64,000 nt of DNA from Escherichia coli (GTDB lineage: Bacteria > Pseudomonadota > Gammaproteobacteria > Enterobacterales > Enterobacteriaceae), in NCBI RefSeq assembly GCF_030013205.1, contig NZ_CP122648.1; one strand, written 5' to 3'. The notes beneath the pieces are model-generated. The model made no database searches, was not told where the DNA came from, and saw nothing but the letters and a program-made list of their open reading frames with translations. Both the position numbers and the translations under genes were made by a program. Shown here piece by piece: positions 1 to 9,599 of this stretch (its first letter is position 1; every line of letters starts with the position of its first letter).

Positions 1-1
1 T

Positions 2-247
2 ACACCCGCAACGATTCGCCTGATGAGCGACAGCGGCAAAACCTTCGAGGGTAAAGTGGATTCGATTGGCTACGGCGTGCTACCGGATGACGGCGGCCTG
101 GTGCTGGGCGGCCTGCCGAAAGTGTCTCGTTCTATTAACTGGGTCCGCGTTGCCCAGCGTTTTCCGGTCAAAATCATGGTCGATAAACCTGACCCGGAAA
201 TGTTCCGCATCGGCGCTTCGGCAGTCGCTAATCTTGAGCCGCAATAA
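2..247 (+). CDS. mdtN: Multidrug efflux membrane-fusion protein MdtN, C-terminal fragment (5' end outside window)
   Basis: Open frame from window edge to TAA at 245-247; stop overlaps the ATG of the next gene (ATGA-type coupling); operon context mdtNOP. Confidence 0.8.
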   Translation, partial: TPATIRLMSDSGKTFEGKVDSIGYGVLPDDGGLVLGGLPKVSRSINWVRVAQRFPVKIMVDKPDPEMFRIGASAVANLEPQ

Positions 248-2298
248 TGAGCGCGCTCAACTCCCTGCCATTACCGGTGGTCAGGCTGCTGGCGTTCTTT
301 CATGAAGAGTTAAGCGAGCGGCGACCAGGCCGCGTGCCGCAGACTATGCAACTCTGGGTAGGCTGCCTGCTGGTGATTCTGATCTCGATGACTTTTGAGA
401 TCCCTTTTGTGGCGTTATCGCTGGCAGTGCTGTTTTACGGTATTCAGTCGAACGCGTTTTACACCAAATTTGTCGCGATCTTGTTTGTGGTCGCCACGGT
501 GCTGGAGATCGGCAGCCTGTTTTTGATCTACAAATGGTCATATGGCGAACCGTTGATCCGATTGATCATCGCCGGACCGATCCTGATGGGCTGCATGTTT
601 TTGATGCGCACCCATCGGCTGGGGCTGGTCTTTTTCGCCGTCGCCATTGTCGCCATTTACGGGCAAACCTTCCCCGCCATGCTCGACTATCCGGAAGTGG
701 TCGTGCGCTTAACGCTGTGGTGTATCGTTGTTGGCCTCTATCCGACCTTGCTGATGACGTTAATCGGTGTGCTATGGTTTCCCAGTCGTGCCATTACGCA
801 AATGCATCAGGCGCTTAATGATCGGCTTGATGATGCCATTAGCCACCTGACAGACAGCCTCGCACCGCTATCCGAAACGCGGATTGAAAGAGAGGCGCTG
901 GCGCTGCAAAAACTGAATGTATTTTGTCTCGCGGACGATGCCAACTGGCGAACTCAAAGCGCATGGTGGCAAAGCTGCGTGGCAACGGTAACCTACATTT
1001 ACTCGACGCTGAATCGCTACGATCCCACCTCTTTTGCTGATTCTCAGGCAATTATTGAATTCCGGCAAAAATTAGCCTCAGAAATCAACAAACTGCAGCA
1101 TGCCATTGCCGAAGGTCAGTGCTGGCAAAGCGACTGGCGGATCAGTGAAAGTGAAGCGATGGCGGCACGGGAATGTAACCTGGAGAATATCTGCCAGACG
1201 TTATTGCAACTGGGTCAGATGGACCCGAATACGCCGCCAACGCCCGCCACCAAACCGCCATCAATGGTCGCCGACGCTTTTACCAATCCAGACTATATGC
1301 GCTACGCGGTAAAAACGCTGCTCGCCTGTTTGATCTGTTACACCTTCTACAGCGGCGTGGACTGGGAAGGCATTCACACCTGTATGCTGACCTGCGTGAT
1401 CGTCGCTAACCCAAATGTTGGTTCGTCGTATCAGAAAACGGCGCTGCGTTTTGGCGGTGCCTTCTGCGGTGCAATTCTGGCGCTGTTATTCACGTTACTG
1501 GTCATGCCCTGGCTGGACAATATTGTCGAATTGCTATTTGTGCTGGCACCGATTTTCCTGTTGGGCGCATGGATTGCCACCAGCTCTGAACGCTCTTCTT
1601 ATATCGGCACACAGATGGTGGTCACCTTCGCGCTCGCCACGCTCGAAAACGTTTTTGGCCCAGTGTACGACCTGGTGGAAATTCGCGATCGCGCCCTGGG
1701 TATCATCATTGGTACCGTGGTGTCCGCGGTGATTTACACCTTTGTCTGGCCTGAAAGTGAAGCGCGCACGCTGCCGCAAAAACTGGCTGGCGCGCTGGGT
1801 ATGTTAAGTAAAGTAATGCGGATCCCACGCCAGCAGGAAGTCATGGCTCTGCGCACTTATCTGCAAATTCGTATAGGTCTGCATGCGGCGTTTAATGCCT
1901 GTGAAGAGATGTGCCAACGCGTGGCGCTGGAGCGTCAACTGGACAGCGAAGAACGCGCTTTACTGATTGAACGTTCGCAAACGGTTATTCGTCAGGGCCG
2001 CGATATTCTTCACGCCTGGGATGCAACCTGGAACTCGGCGCAGGCGCTGGATAACGCACTACAGCCGGACAGAGCTGGTCAGTTTGCCGACGCACTGGAG
2101 AAATACGCCGCCGGTCTGGCAACCGCACTCAGCCGTTCTCCTCAAATAACGCTTGAAGAAACACCCGCCTCGCAGGCCATCCTGCCGACCTTATTAAAAC
2201 AGGAGCAACACGTCTGCCAGCTTTTCGCCCGCTTGCCAGACTGGACAGCCCCGGCATTAACGCCCGCCACGGAACAGGTACAAGGAGCCACGCAATGA
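247..2298 (+). CDS. mdtO: Multidrug efflux inner-membrane protein MdtO (683 aa)
   Basis: 683-aa ORF with multiple hydrophobic segments; translationally coupled to flanking genes; recognised as MdtO/YjcQ. Confidence 0.9.
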   Translation: MSALNSLPLPVVRLLAFFHEELSERRPGRVPQTMQLWVGCLLVILISMTFEIPFVALSLAVLFYGIQSNAFYTKFVAILFVVATVLEIGSLFLIYKWSYGEPLIRLIIAGPILMGCMFLMRTHRLGLVFFAVAIVAIYGQTFPAMLDYPEVVVRLTLWCIVVGLYPTLLMTLIGVLWFPSRAITQMHQALNDRLDDAISHLTDSLAPLSETRIEREALALQKLNVFCLADDANWRTQSAWWQSCVATVTYIYSTLNRYDPTSFADSQAIIEFRQKLASEINKLQHAIAEGQCWQSDWRISESEAMAARECNLENICQTLLQLGQMDPNTPPTPATKPPSMVADAFTNPDYMRYAVKTLLACLICYTFYSGVDWEGIHTCMLTCVIVANPNVGSSYQKTALRFGGAFCGAILALLFTLLVMPWLDNIVELLFVLAPIFLLGAWIATSSERSSYIGTQMVVTFALATLENVFGPVYDLVEIRDRALGIIIGTVVSAVIYTFVWPESEARTLPQKLAGALGMLSKVMRIPRQQEVMALRTYLQIRIGLHAAFNACEEMCQRVALERQLDSEERALLIERSQTVIRQGRDILHAWDATWNSAQALDNALQPDRAGQFADALEKYAAGLATALSRSPQITLEETPASQAILPTLLKQEQHVCQLFARLPDWTAPALTPATEQVQGATQ

Positions 2299-3761
2299 TC
2301 AATCGTCAACTTTCACGCCTGCTGTTGTGCAGCATTCTCGGCAGCACGACGCTGATTTCCGGCTGTGCCCTGGTACGTAAGGATTCTGCGCCTCATCAAC
2401 AGCTCAAACCGGAACAAATCAAACTGGCCGATGATATTCATCTTGCCAGCTCCGGTTGGCCGCAGGCGCAGTGGTGGAAACAACTCAATGACCCGCAGTT
2501 GGATGCCCTGATCCAACGGACGCTAAGTGGTTCACACACCCTCGCCGAAGCGAAACTGCGGGAAGAAAAAGCGCAGTCCCAGGCCGATTTGTTAGATGCT
2601 GGTTCACAGTTGCAGGTGGCAGCGTTAGGGATGCTCAACCGCCAACGTGTCTCGGCGAACGGCTTTTTAAGCCCTTATGCGATGGATGCGCCCGCACTGG
2701 GGATGGACGGGCCGTACTATACGGAAGCCACAGTCGGTTTGTTTGCCGGACTGGATCTCGATTTGTGGGGTGTGCATCGCTCAGCGGTTGCCGCTGCCAT
2801 TGGCGCGCATAATGCCGCGCTGGCAGAAACCGCAGCAGTAGAGCTATCGCTGACCACGGGCGTAGCGCAGCTTTATTACAGTATGCAGGCCAGCTATCAG
2901 ATGCTCGATCTGTTAGAACAAACTCGCGATGTGATTGATTACGCGGTAAAAGCGCACCAGAGTAAAGTGGCGCACGGTCTGGAAGCGCAAGTGCCTTTCC
3001 ACGGCGCGCGGGCACAGATTCTGGCGGTCGATAAACAAATTGCTGCCGTTAAAGGGCAAATCTCCGAAACGCGAGAATCTCTGCGCGCATTGATTGGCGC
3101 GGGAGCCAGCGATATGCCGGAGATCAGACCGGTGGCATTACCGCAAGTCCAGACCGGCATTCCGGCGACACTCTCTTATGAGTTGCTCGCCAGACGCCCG
3201 GATCTGCAAGCCATGCGCTGGTATGTTCAGGCGTCATTAGATCAGGTGGATTCCGCGCGGGCGCTGTTCTATCCGAGCTTTGATATCAAAGCGTTTTTCG
3301 GCCTGGACTCTATCCACCTGGATACCTTATTCAAAAAAACCAGTCGCCAGTTCAACTTTATCCCGGGTCTGAAATTGCCGCTGTTTGACGGTGGACGGTT
3401 GAATGCCAATCTCGAAGGCACTCGCGCCGCCAGCAACATGATGATTGAACGTTACAACCAGTCAGTGCTGAATGCGGTGCGCGACGTTGCCGTCAACGGC
3501 ACGCGTCTGCAAACGCTTAACGACGAGCGAGAGATGCAGGCTGAACGCGTGGAAGCAACGCGCTTCACCCAGCGCGCTGCCGAGGCCGCCTATCAACGCG
3601 GCTTAACCAGCCGCTTACAGGCCACCGAAGCCCGGTTGCCAGTGCTTGCCGAGGAGATGTCATTACTGATGCTGGACAGCCGCCGGGTGATCCAAAGCAT
3701 TCAGTTGATGAAATCGCTGGGCGGCGGGTATCAGGCAAGTCCCGTCGTCGAGAAAAAATAA
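2295..3761 (+). CDS. mdtP: Outer-membrane efflux factor MdtP (488 aa, lipoprotein signal LISGC)
   Basis: 488-aa ORF with N-terminal lipobox (..LISGCALV); start overlaps mdtO stop; OMF-family length. Confidence 0.9.
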   Translation: MINRQLSRLLLCSILGSTTLISGCALVRKDSAPHQQLKPEQIKLADDIHLASSGWPQAQWWKQLNDPQLDALIQRTLSGSHTLAEAKLREEKAQSQADLLDAGSQLQVAALGMLNRQRVSANGFLSPYAMDAPALGMDGPYYTEATVGLFAGLDLDLWGVHRSAVAAAIGAHNAALAETAAVELSLTTGVAQLYYSMQASYQMLDLLEQTRDVIDYAVKAHQSKVAHGLEAQVPFHGARAQILAVDKQIAAVKGQISETRESLRALIGAGASDMPEIRPVALPQVQTGIPATLSYELLARRPDLQAMRWYVQASLDQVDSARALFYPSFDIKAFFGLDSIHLDTLFKKTSRQFNFIPGLKLPLFDGGRLNANLEGTRAASNMMIERYNQSVLNAVRDVAVNGTRLQTLNDEREMQAERVEATRFTQRAAEAAYQRGLTSRLQATEARLPVLAEEMSLLMLDSRRVIQSIQLMKSLGGGYQASPVVEKK

Positions 3762-3769
3762 AATGTCTG

Positions 3770-3797
3770 CCGCGTGATGGCTGTCACGCGGTATTTC
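3770..3797 (+). terminator. Stem-loop (CCGCGTGA..TCACGCGG) after mdtP, putative intrinsic terminator
   Basis: 8-bp perfect inverted repeat at 3770-3777/3784-3791 followed by T-rich tract. Confidence 0.5.
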
Positions 3798-3800
3798 GTT

Positions 3801-3838
3801 TCGTCACGTCAAAACTGACGACAGCCTGTTTTTCGTCA
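3801..3838 (+). promoter_or_regulatory. Putative FhlA upstream activating sequence for fdhF
   Basis: Palindrome CGTCAAAACTGACG (3807-3820) flanked by repeated TTTCGTCA motifs, ~100 bp upstream of a sigma54 -24/-12 element. Confidence 0.4.
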
Positions 3839-3890
3839 GAGTTTTGAATAAATAGTGCCCGTAATATCAGGGAATGACCCCAAATAAAAT

Positions 3891-3906
3891 GTGGCATAAA
3901 AGATGC
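3891..3906 (+). promoter_or_regulatory. sigma54 (-24/-12) promoter of fdhF
   Basis: TGGCAT-aaaag-ATGCA with GG(3892-3893)-N10-GC(3904-3905) spacing, ~55 bp upstream of fdhF ATG. Confidence 0.6.
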
Positions 3907-3958
3907 ATACTGTAGTCGAGAGCGCGTATGCGTGATTTGATTAACTGGAGCGAGACCG

Positions 3959-6106
3959 ATGAAAAAAGTCGTCACGGTTTGCCCCTATTGCGCATCAGGT
4001 TGCAAAATCAACCTGGTCGTCGATAACGGCAAAATCGTCCGGGCGGAGGCAGCGCAGGGGAAAACCAACCAGGGTACCCTGTGTCTGAAGGGTTATTATG
4101 GCTGGGACTTCATTAACGATACCCAGATCCTGACCCCGCGCCTGAAAACCCCCATGATCCGTCGCCAGCGTGGCGGCAAACTCGAACCTGTTTCCTGGGA
4201 TGAGGCACTGAATTACGTTGCCGAGCGCCTGAGCGCCATCAAAGAGAAGTACGGTCCGGATGCCATCCAGACGACCGGCTCCTCGCGTGGTACGGGTAAC
4301 GAAACCAACTATGTAATGCAAAAATTTGCGCGCGCCGTTATTGGTACCAATAACGTTGACTGCTGCGCTCGTGTCTGACACGGCCCATCGGTTGCAGGTC
4401 TGCACCAATCGGTCGGTAATGGCGCAATGAGCAATGCTATTAACGAAATTGATAATACCGATTTAGTGTTCGTTTTCGGGTACAACCCGGCGGATTCCCA
4501 CCCAATCGTGGCGAATCACGTAATTAACGCTAAACGTAACGGGGCGAAAATTATCGTCTGCGATCCGCGCAAAATTGAAACCGCGCGCATTGCTGACATG
4601 CACATTGCACTGAAAAACGGCTCGAACATCGCGCTGTTGAATGCGATGGGCCATGTCATTATTGAAGAAAATTTGTACGACAAAGCGTTCGTCGCTTCCC
4701 GTACAGAAGGCTTTGAAGAGTATCGTAAAATCGTTGAAGGCTACACGCCGGAGTCGGTTGAAGATATCACCGGCGTCAGCGCCAGTGAGATTCGTCAGGC
4801 GGCACGGATGTATGCCCAGGCGAAAAGCGCCGCCATCCTGTGGGGCATGGGTGTAACCCAGTTCTACCAGGGCGTGGAAACCGTGCGTTCTCTGACCAGC
4901 CTCGCGATGCTGACCGGTAACCTCGGTAAGCCGCATGCGGGTGTAAACCCGGTTCGTGGTCAGAACAACGTGCAGGGTGCCTGCGATATGGGCGCGCTGC
5001 CGGATACGTATCCGGGATACCAGTACGTGAAAGATCCGGCTAACCGCGAGAAATTCGCCAAAGCCTGGGGCGTGGAAAGCCTGCCTGCTCATACCGGTTA
5101 TCGCATCAGCGAGCTGCCGCACCGCGCAGCGCATGGTGAAGTGCGTGCCGCGTACATTATGGGCGAAGATCCGCTGCAAACTGACGCGGAACTGTCGGCA
5201 GTACGTAAAGCCTTTGAAGATCTGGAACTGGTTATCGTTCAGGACATCTTTATGACCAAAACCGCGTCGGCGGCGGATGTCATTTTACCGTCAACGTCAT
5301 GGGGCGAGCATGAAGGCGTGTTTACTGCGGCTGACCGTGGCTTCCAGCGTTTCTTCAAAGCGGTTGAACCGAAGTGGGATCTGAAAACGGACTGGCAGAT
5401 TATCAGTGAAATCGCCACCCGTATGGGTTATCCGATGCACTACAACAACACCCAGGAGATCTGGGATGAGTTGCGTCATCTGTGCCCGGATTTCTACGGT
5501 GCGACTTACGAAAAAATGGGCGAACTGGGCTTCATTCAGTGGCCTTGCCGCGATACTTCAGATGCCGATCAGGGGACTTCTTATCTGTTTAAAGAGAAGT
5601 TTGATACCCCGAACGGTCTGGCGCAGTTCTTCACCTGCGACTGGGTAGCGCCAATCGACAAACTCACCGACGAGTACCCGATGGTACTGTCAACGGTGCG
5701 TGAAGTTGGTCACTACTCTTGCCGTTCGATGACCGGTAACTGTGCAGCACTGGCGGCGCTGGCTGATGAACCTGGCTACGCACAAATCAATACCGAAGAC
5801 GCCAAACGTCTGGGTATTGAAGATGAGGCATTGGTTTGGGTGCACTCGCGTAAAGGCAAAATTATCACCCGTGCGCAGGTCAGCGATCGTCCGAACAAAG
5901 GGGCGATTTATATGACCTACCAGTGGTGGATTGGTGCCTGTAACGAGCTGGTTACCGAAAACTTAAGCCCGATTACGAAAACGCCGGAATACAAATACTG
6001 CGCCGTGCGCGTCGAGCCGATCGCCGATCAGCGCGCCGCCGAGCAGTACGTGATTGACGAGTACAACAAGTTGAAAACTCGCCTGCGCGAAGCGGCACTG
6101 GCGTAA
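3959..6106 (+). CDS. fdhF: Formate dehydrogenase H (selenocysteine-containing, 715 aa) with in-frame UGA (Sec) at 4376-4378
   Basis: Two ORFs in the track (3959-4378 and 4427-6106) are in the same frame and separated only by a TGA; N-terminal 4Fe-4S Cys motif CPYCASGC; flanking protein ..CCARV-U-HGPSVAGL..; total 716 codons. Confidence 0.95.
4376..4420 (+). other. UGA-Sec codon plus SECIS stem-loop
   Basis: Immediately 3' of the in-frame TGA: CACGGCCCATCGGTTGCAGGTCTGCACCAATCGGTCGG can fold as a hairpin (CCATCGGTTG / CACCAATCGG arms), as expected for the bacterial SECIS. Confidence 0.75.
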
Positions 6107-6120
6107 TACAGTCCTTTCTA

Positions 6121-6147
6121 CAGCCTCCTTTCGGAGGCTGTTTTTTT
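6121..6147 (+). terminator. Intrinsic terminator after fdhF
   Basis: CAGCCTCC-tttc-GGAGGCTG hairpin followed by TTTTTTT. Confidence 0.8.
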
Positions 6148-6199
6148 ATCCATTCGAACTCTTTATACTGGTTACTCCCTACCCAATCGTATTATCAAA

Positions 6200-6889
6200 A
6201 TGAAAAAAATTATCGCATTGATGTTGTTTTTAACATTCTTTGCCCACGCGAACGACTCCGAGCCTGGCAGCCAGTATTTAAAGGCAGCAGAGGCCGGGGA
6301 CCGACGCGCACAATATTTTCTTGCCGACAGCTGGTTTAGCTCCGGCGATTTGAGCAAAGCCGAATATTGGGCACAGAAAGCCGCCGACAGCGGTGATGCT
6401 GATGCCTGCGCGCTGCTGGCGCAGATCAAAATCACCAATCCGGTCAGTCTGGACTATCCACAAGCAAAAGTTCTTGCAGAGAAAGCGGCGCAAGCGGGGA
6501 GTAAAGAAGGTGAAGTAACGCTGGCGCATATTCTGGTAAATACGCAAGCGGGTAAACCGGATTATCCAAAGGCGATTTCGCTGTTAGAAAACGCTTCGGA
6601 AGATCTGGAGAACGACTCTGCCGTCGATGCCCAAATGCTGCTTGGTTTGATTTACGCCAACGGCGTGGGCATTAAGGCCGACGATGACAAGGCAACCTGG
6701 TATTTCAAACGCAGCTCTGCGATTTCCCGAACCGGTTATTCCGAGTACTGGGCGGGAATGATGTTCTTAAACGGTGAAGAAGGTTTTATCGAGAAGAACA
6801 AGCAAAAGGCGCTGCACTGGTTGAATCTGAGCTGTATGGAAGGGTTTGATACCGGGTGTGAAGAGTTTGAAAAATTAACTAACGGTTAA
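6200..6889 (+). CDS. yjcO: Sel1-repeat (TPR-like) periplasmic protein YjcO (229 aa)
   Basis: Signal peptide MKKIIALMLFLTFFAHA; repeated A/G-rich Sel1-like motifs (AQYFLA..., GDADAC..., GVGIKAD...). Confidence 0.85.
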   Translation: MKKIIALMLFLTFFAHANDSEPGSQYLKAAEAGDRRAQYFLADSWFSSGDLSKAEYWAQKAADSGDADACALLAQIKITNPVSLDYPQAKVLAEKAAQAGSKEGEVTLAHILVNTQAGKPDYPKAISLLENASEDLENDSAVDAQMLLGLIYANGVGIKADDDKATWYFKRSSAISRTGYSEYWAGMMFLNGEEGFIEKNKQKALHWLNLSCMEGFDTGCEEFEKLTNG

Positions 6890-6893
6890 GGTA

Positions 6894-6928
6894 GGCCTGA
6901 TAAGACGCGTTAAGCGTCGCATCAGGCA
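6894..6928. repeat. REP (repetitive extragenic palindromic) element
   Basis: AGGCCTGATAAGACGCGTTAAGCGTCGCATCAGGC, classic REP imperfect palindrome between convergent genes. Confidence 0.7.
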
Positions 6929-6967
6929 TCCACACATTGCCGGGTGGATATCCCCGGCAATCTTCAA

Positions 6968-8281
6968 TTATTGATCCGCAGTTTTATCAAATTTGCCCAG
7001 CACTTCGCGCTCATAAGCCAGCGCTTTCTTACGGTCAAATTTGTGTTCCCACTTGGCAATCACCAGCACCGCCAGCGCATTACCCACCACGTTCAGCGCA
7101 GTACGCGCCATGTCGAGGATACGGTCAACACCGGCAATAAACGCCAGACCTTCCAGCGGGATCCCTACGCTGCCCAGCGTTGCCAGCAACACCACAAACG
7201 ACACGCCCGGCACGCCAGCAATCCCTTTCGAAGTCACCATCAGCGTCAGCACCAGAATGATTTCCTGCCAGATGGACAGGTCAATGCCATACAACTGCGC
7301 GATGAAGATAGCGGCAATACTTTGATACAGCGTCGAACCATCAAGGTTAAAAGAGTAACCGGTCGGCACCACGAAACTGGTGATCGACGCCGGTGCTCCG
7401 TAGGCTTCCATCTTCTCAATAATTCGCGGCAGCACGCTTTCAGAACTGGCAGTGGAGTACGCCAGAATCAGCTCATCTTTCAGAATACGAATCAGGATCC
7501 AGACGCTTAACCCGCACAGGCGCGCCACAATTCCCAGCACGACCAGCGCGAAGAACAGAATGGCGAAATGCACCAGCAGCACCAGTTTCGCCAGTGGCCA
7601 CAGAGACGAGAAACCAAAGTTAGCCACCGTCACCGCAATCAGCGCAAACACACCCACCGGCGCATAACGCATCACCATGTGAGTCACTTTAAACATGGTT
7701 TCAGAGATGGAGCGGAACACGGTCACCAGCGGTTCACGATGCGTCGCGGGCAGGGAGGAAAGCCCCAGACCAAACAGCACCGAGAAGAAGATGATCGGCA
7801 GCATTTCGCCTTTCGCCATCGACGCCACAATGTTCGTCGGCACCAGCGACAAAATCGTGCCCATAATGCCGTGGGAACTGCTTTGTACCGCTTCCGTCGT
7901 GCTCTGATATTTCGAGATATCGACGGTCGCCAGCTGCGACATATCCACCCCGGCACCGGGCTGGAAGACGTTCGCCAGAGTGATCCCCAAAATGATGGCG
8001 ACGGTGGTGATCACCTCGAAGTAAATAATGGTTTTCGCGCCAATACGCCCGAGCTGTTTGGCATCACCAACACCCGCGATACCCACCACCAGCGTGGAGA
8101 TCACAATCGGCACAACAATCATTTTGATCAGATGGATGAAGATATCACCCGCCGGAGAGAGCAAATTGACGACCAGCCAGTCGCGGCTGTCGCTATGGTA
8201 GTGCAGGTAGCTTCCCAGGAGAATGCCCAGCACCATAGCAAACAGAATCTGCCAGGCCAGGCTGAATTTTATATTTTTCAT
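6968..8281 (-). CDS. gltP: Glutamate/aspartate:proton symporter GltP (437 aa)
   Basis: 437-aa polytopic membrane ORF; N-terminus MKNIKFSLAWQILFAMVLGILLG; DAACS-family length and hydropathy. Confidence 0.9.
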   Translation of the reverse strand: MKNIKFSLAWQILFAMVLGILLGSYLHYHSDSRDWLVVNLLSPAGDIFIHLIKMIVVPIVISTLVVGIAGVGDAKQLGRIGAKTIIYFEVITTVAIILGITLANVFQPGAGVDMSQLATVDISKYQSTTEAVQSSSHGIMGTILSLVPTNIVASMAKGEMLPIIFFSVLFGLGLSSLPATHREPLVTVFRSISETMFKVTHMVMRYAPVGVFALIAVTVANFGFSSLWPLAKLVLLVHFAILFFALVVLGIVARLCGLSVWILIRILKDELILAYSTASSESVLPRIIEKMEAYGAPASITSFVVPTGYSFNLDGSTLYQSIAAIFIAQLYGIDLSIWQEIILVLTLMVTSKGIAGVPGVSFVVLLATLGSVGIPLEGLAFIAGVDRILDMARTALNVVGNALAVLVIAKWEHKFDRKKALAYEREVLGKFDKTADQ

Positions 8282-8622
8282 CAGAATAACTTCCTCAATG
8301 GAGCGCCGTTCCCCGTTCAGAAACGTGAGAACGTGACATACTGCCAGGGCATGAATTGTGTTGCGTTGGTTTGTAGATTTTTTTAACGCTTATGATCAGT
8401 ATCATTTGCGCGGTATGTTGCGCAACCCTTTAACAACAGAGCTTTTCGCTGCATTAATGCATAATAACGCGAGTTTATGGCAGGATTAATGAATAACCAT
8501 TTGTTATGGAAAGATTTTTATTTGTTTAATCTGCAATAATACTGATTGGTGATTATTTTTGGTATATGTTCATTCGATTATTTTTTATGCAGCTCAATAA
8601 CATAATCTTCATCACCAGATGA

Positions 8623-9219
8623 TTAATATGATCTCCGCTGCAACAATTTCGCCATATTAATCGACTCGACCAGCTGTGTCCGGTTGATCCGGGGTGAGTT
8701 GAGATCCATCACTTTTTGCCATAGTTCGATGGCTTGCGCGTAATTCGCCTGCATAAACGCATCGGAAGCCAGCAGCATCAGAGCGGTGATTTCGTTAGAG
8801 TCCAGCGCGAGGGCTTTGTCGATCATTGCGCGAGTCTGGGCGGTCATATGCTGGCTGGCCTGGTAATAAAGCACCGTCGCCAGCGCCGCATACAGTTCAG
8901 CGTTCTCACCACGTAGTTGCAACGCCTGACGGTACGCCAGCAGCGAATTGCTGTAATCGTTTTGCCACAGATAATACTCGCCCAGTAACGCCCATTGTTC
9001 GCTGTTTTGTGGATTAGCGCGGATTTTATCCTGCAATGCCTGAAGCTGCGCTTCCGGGGTTTGCTGGCTGGCAAACTGATGTAGCGGATCGCGCTGACGC
9101 TGATACTCCGCACGTACCGCCTGCCATTTTGGACTTAACAGATAACTGCCGACACAGAGAAATACCATCAAAATCGTGAGTGTTGTCAGCATTTTCACCG
9201 GTATTTGAGGCTGTTTCAT
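8623..9219 (-). CDS. nrfG: Formate-dependent nitrite reductase complex protein NrfG (TPR protein)
   Basis: ORF 8623-9285 with likely start at MKQPQIPVK (9219); TPR-like content; last gene of the nrf cluster. Confidence 0.8.
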   Translation of the reverse strand: MKQPQIPVKMLTTLTILMVFLCVGSYLLSPKWQAVRAEYQRQRDPLHQFASQQTPEAQLQALQDKIRANPQNSEQWALLGEYYLWQNDYSNSLLAYRQALQLRGENAELYAALATVLYYQASQHMTAQTRAMIDKALALDSNEITALMLLASDAFMQANYAQAIELWQKVMDLNSPRINRTQLVESINMAKLLQRRSY

Positions 9220-9599
9220 CGCTTCGCCCTCACTCGCCAGAGGATCAGTATCATCAGCAGTAACAACACCACTGGCAGCGCCCACAACACCAGAGTCTGA
9301 CCGGTTAACGGTGGGTTATAGCGAACAAAATCTCCGTAGCGTTCGGTCATCCAGCCAATTATTTCGACTTCACTTTTCCCCTCTTCCACCATGCTGTAAA
9401 CCTGATGGCGCATACTGACTGCCACCGGCGCATTGGATTCCAGTAAGTTCTGATTCTGGCACTGCGGGCAGCGTAACTGGCTGGCAATATTTAACGCCTG
9501 TTCCTGTTGTTGCGGATTAGCGAATTGCCAGGTGTCTACAACCTGAGCGCGCGCAAAACAGGTAAATAACAGCAGTAGCGTGAGAAGCCCTTTATTCAT
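9216..9599 (-). CDS. nrfF: NrfF (CcmH-like thiol:disulfide protein for cytochrome c552 maturation, 127 aa)
   Basis: 127-aa ORF with signal peptide and LRCPQCQNQ motif (CXXC as in CcmH); overlaps neighbours. Confidence 0.85.
   Translation of the reverse strand: MNKGLLTLLLLFTCFARAQVVDTWQFANPQQQEQALNIASQLRCPQCQNQNLLESNAPVAVSMRHQVYSMVEEGKSEVEIIGWMTERYGDFVRYNPPLTGQTLVLWALPVVLLLLMILILWRVRAKR

Noticed and set aside
3959-4378. 139-aa ORF and separate 559-aa ORF (4427-6106) that look like two genes
   Set aside because: Same reading frame, separated only by an in-frame TGA followed by a SECIS-like hairpin; merged as the single selenoprotein gene fdhF.
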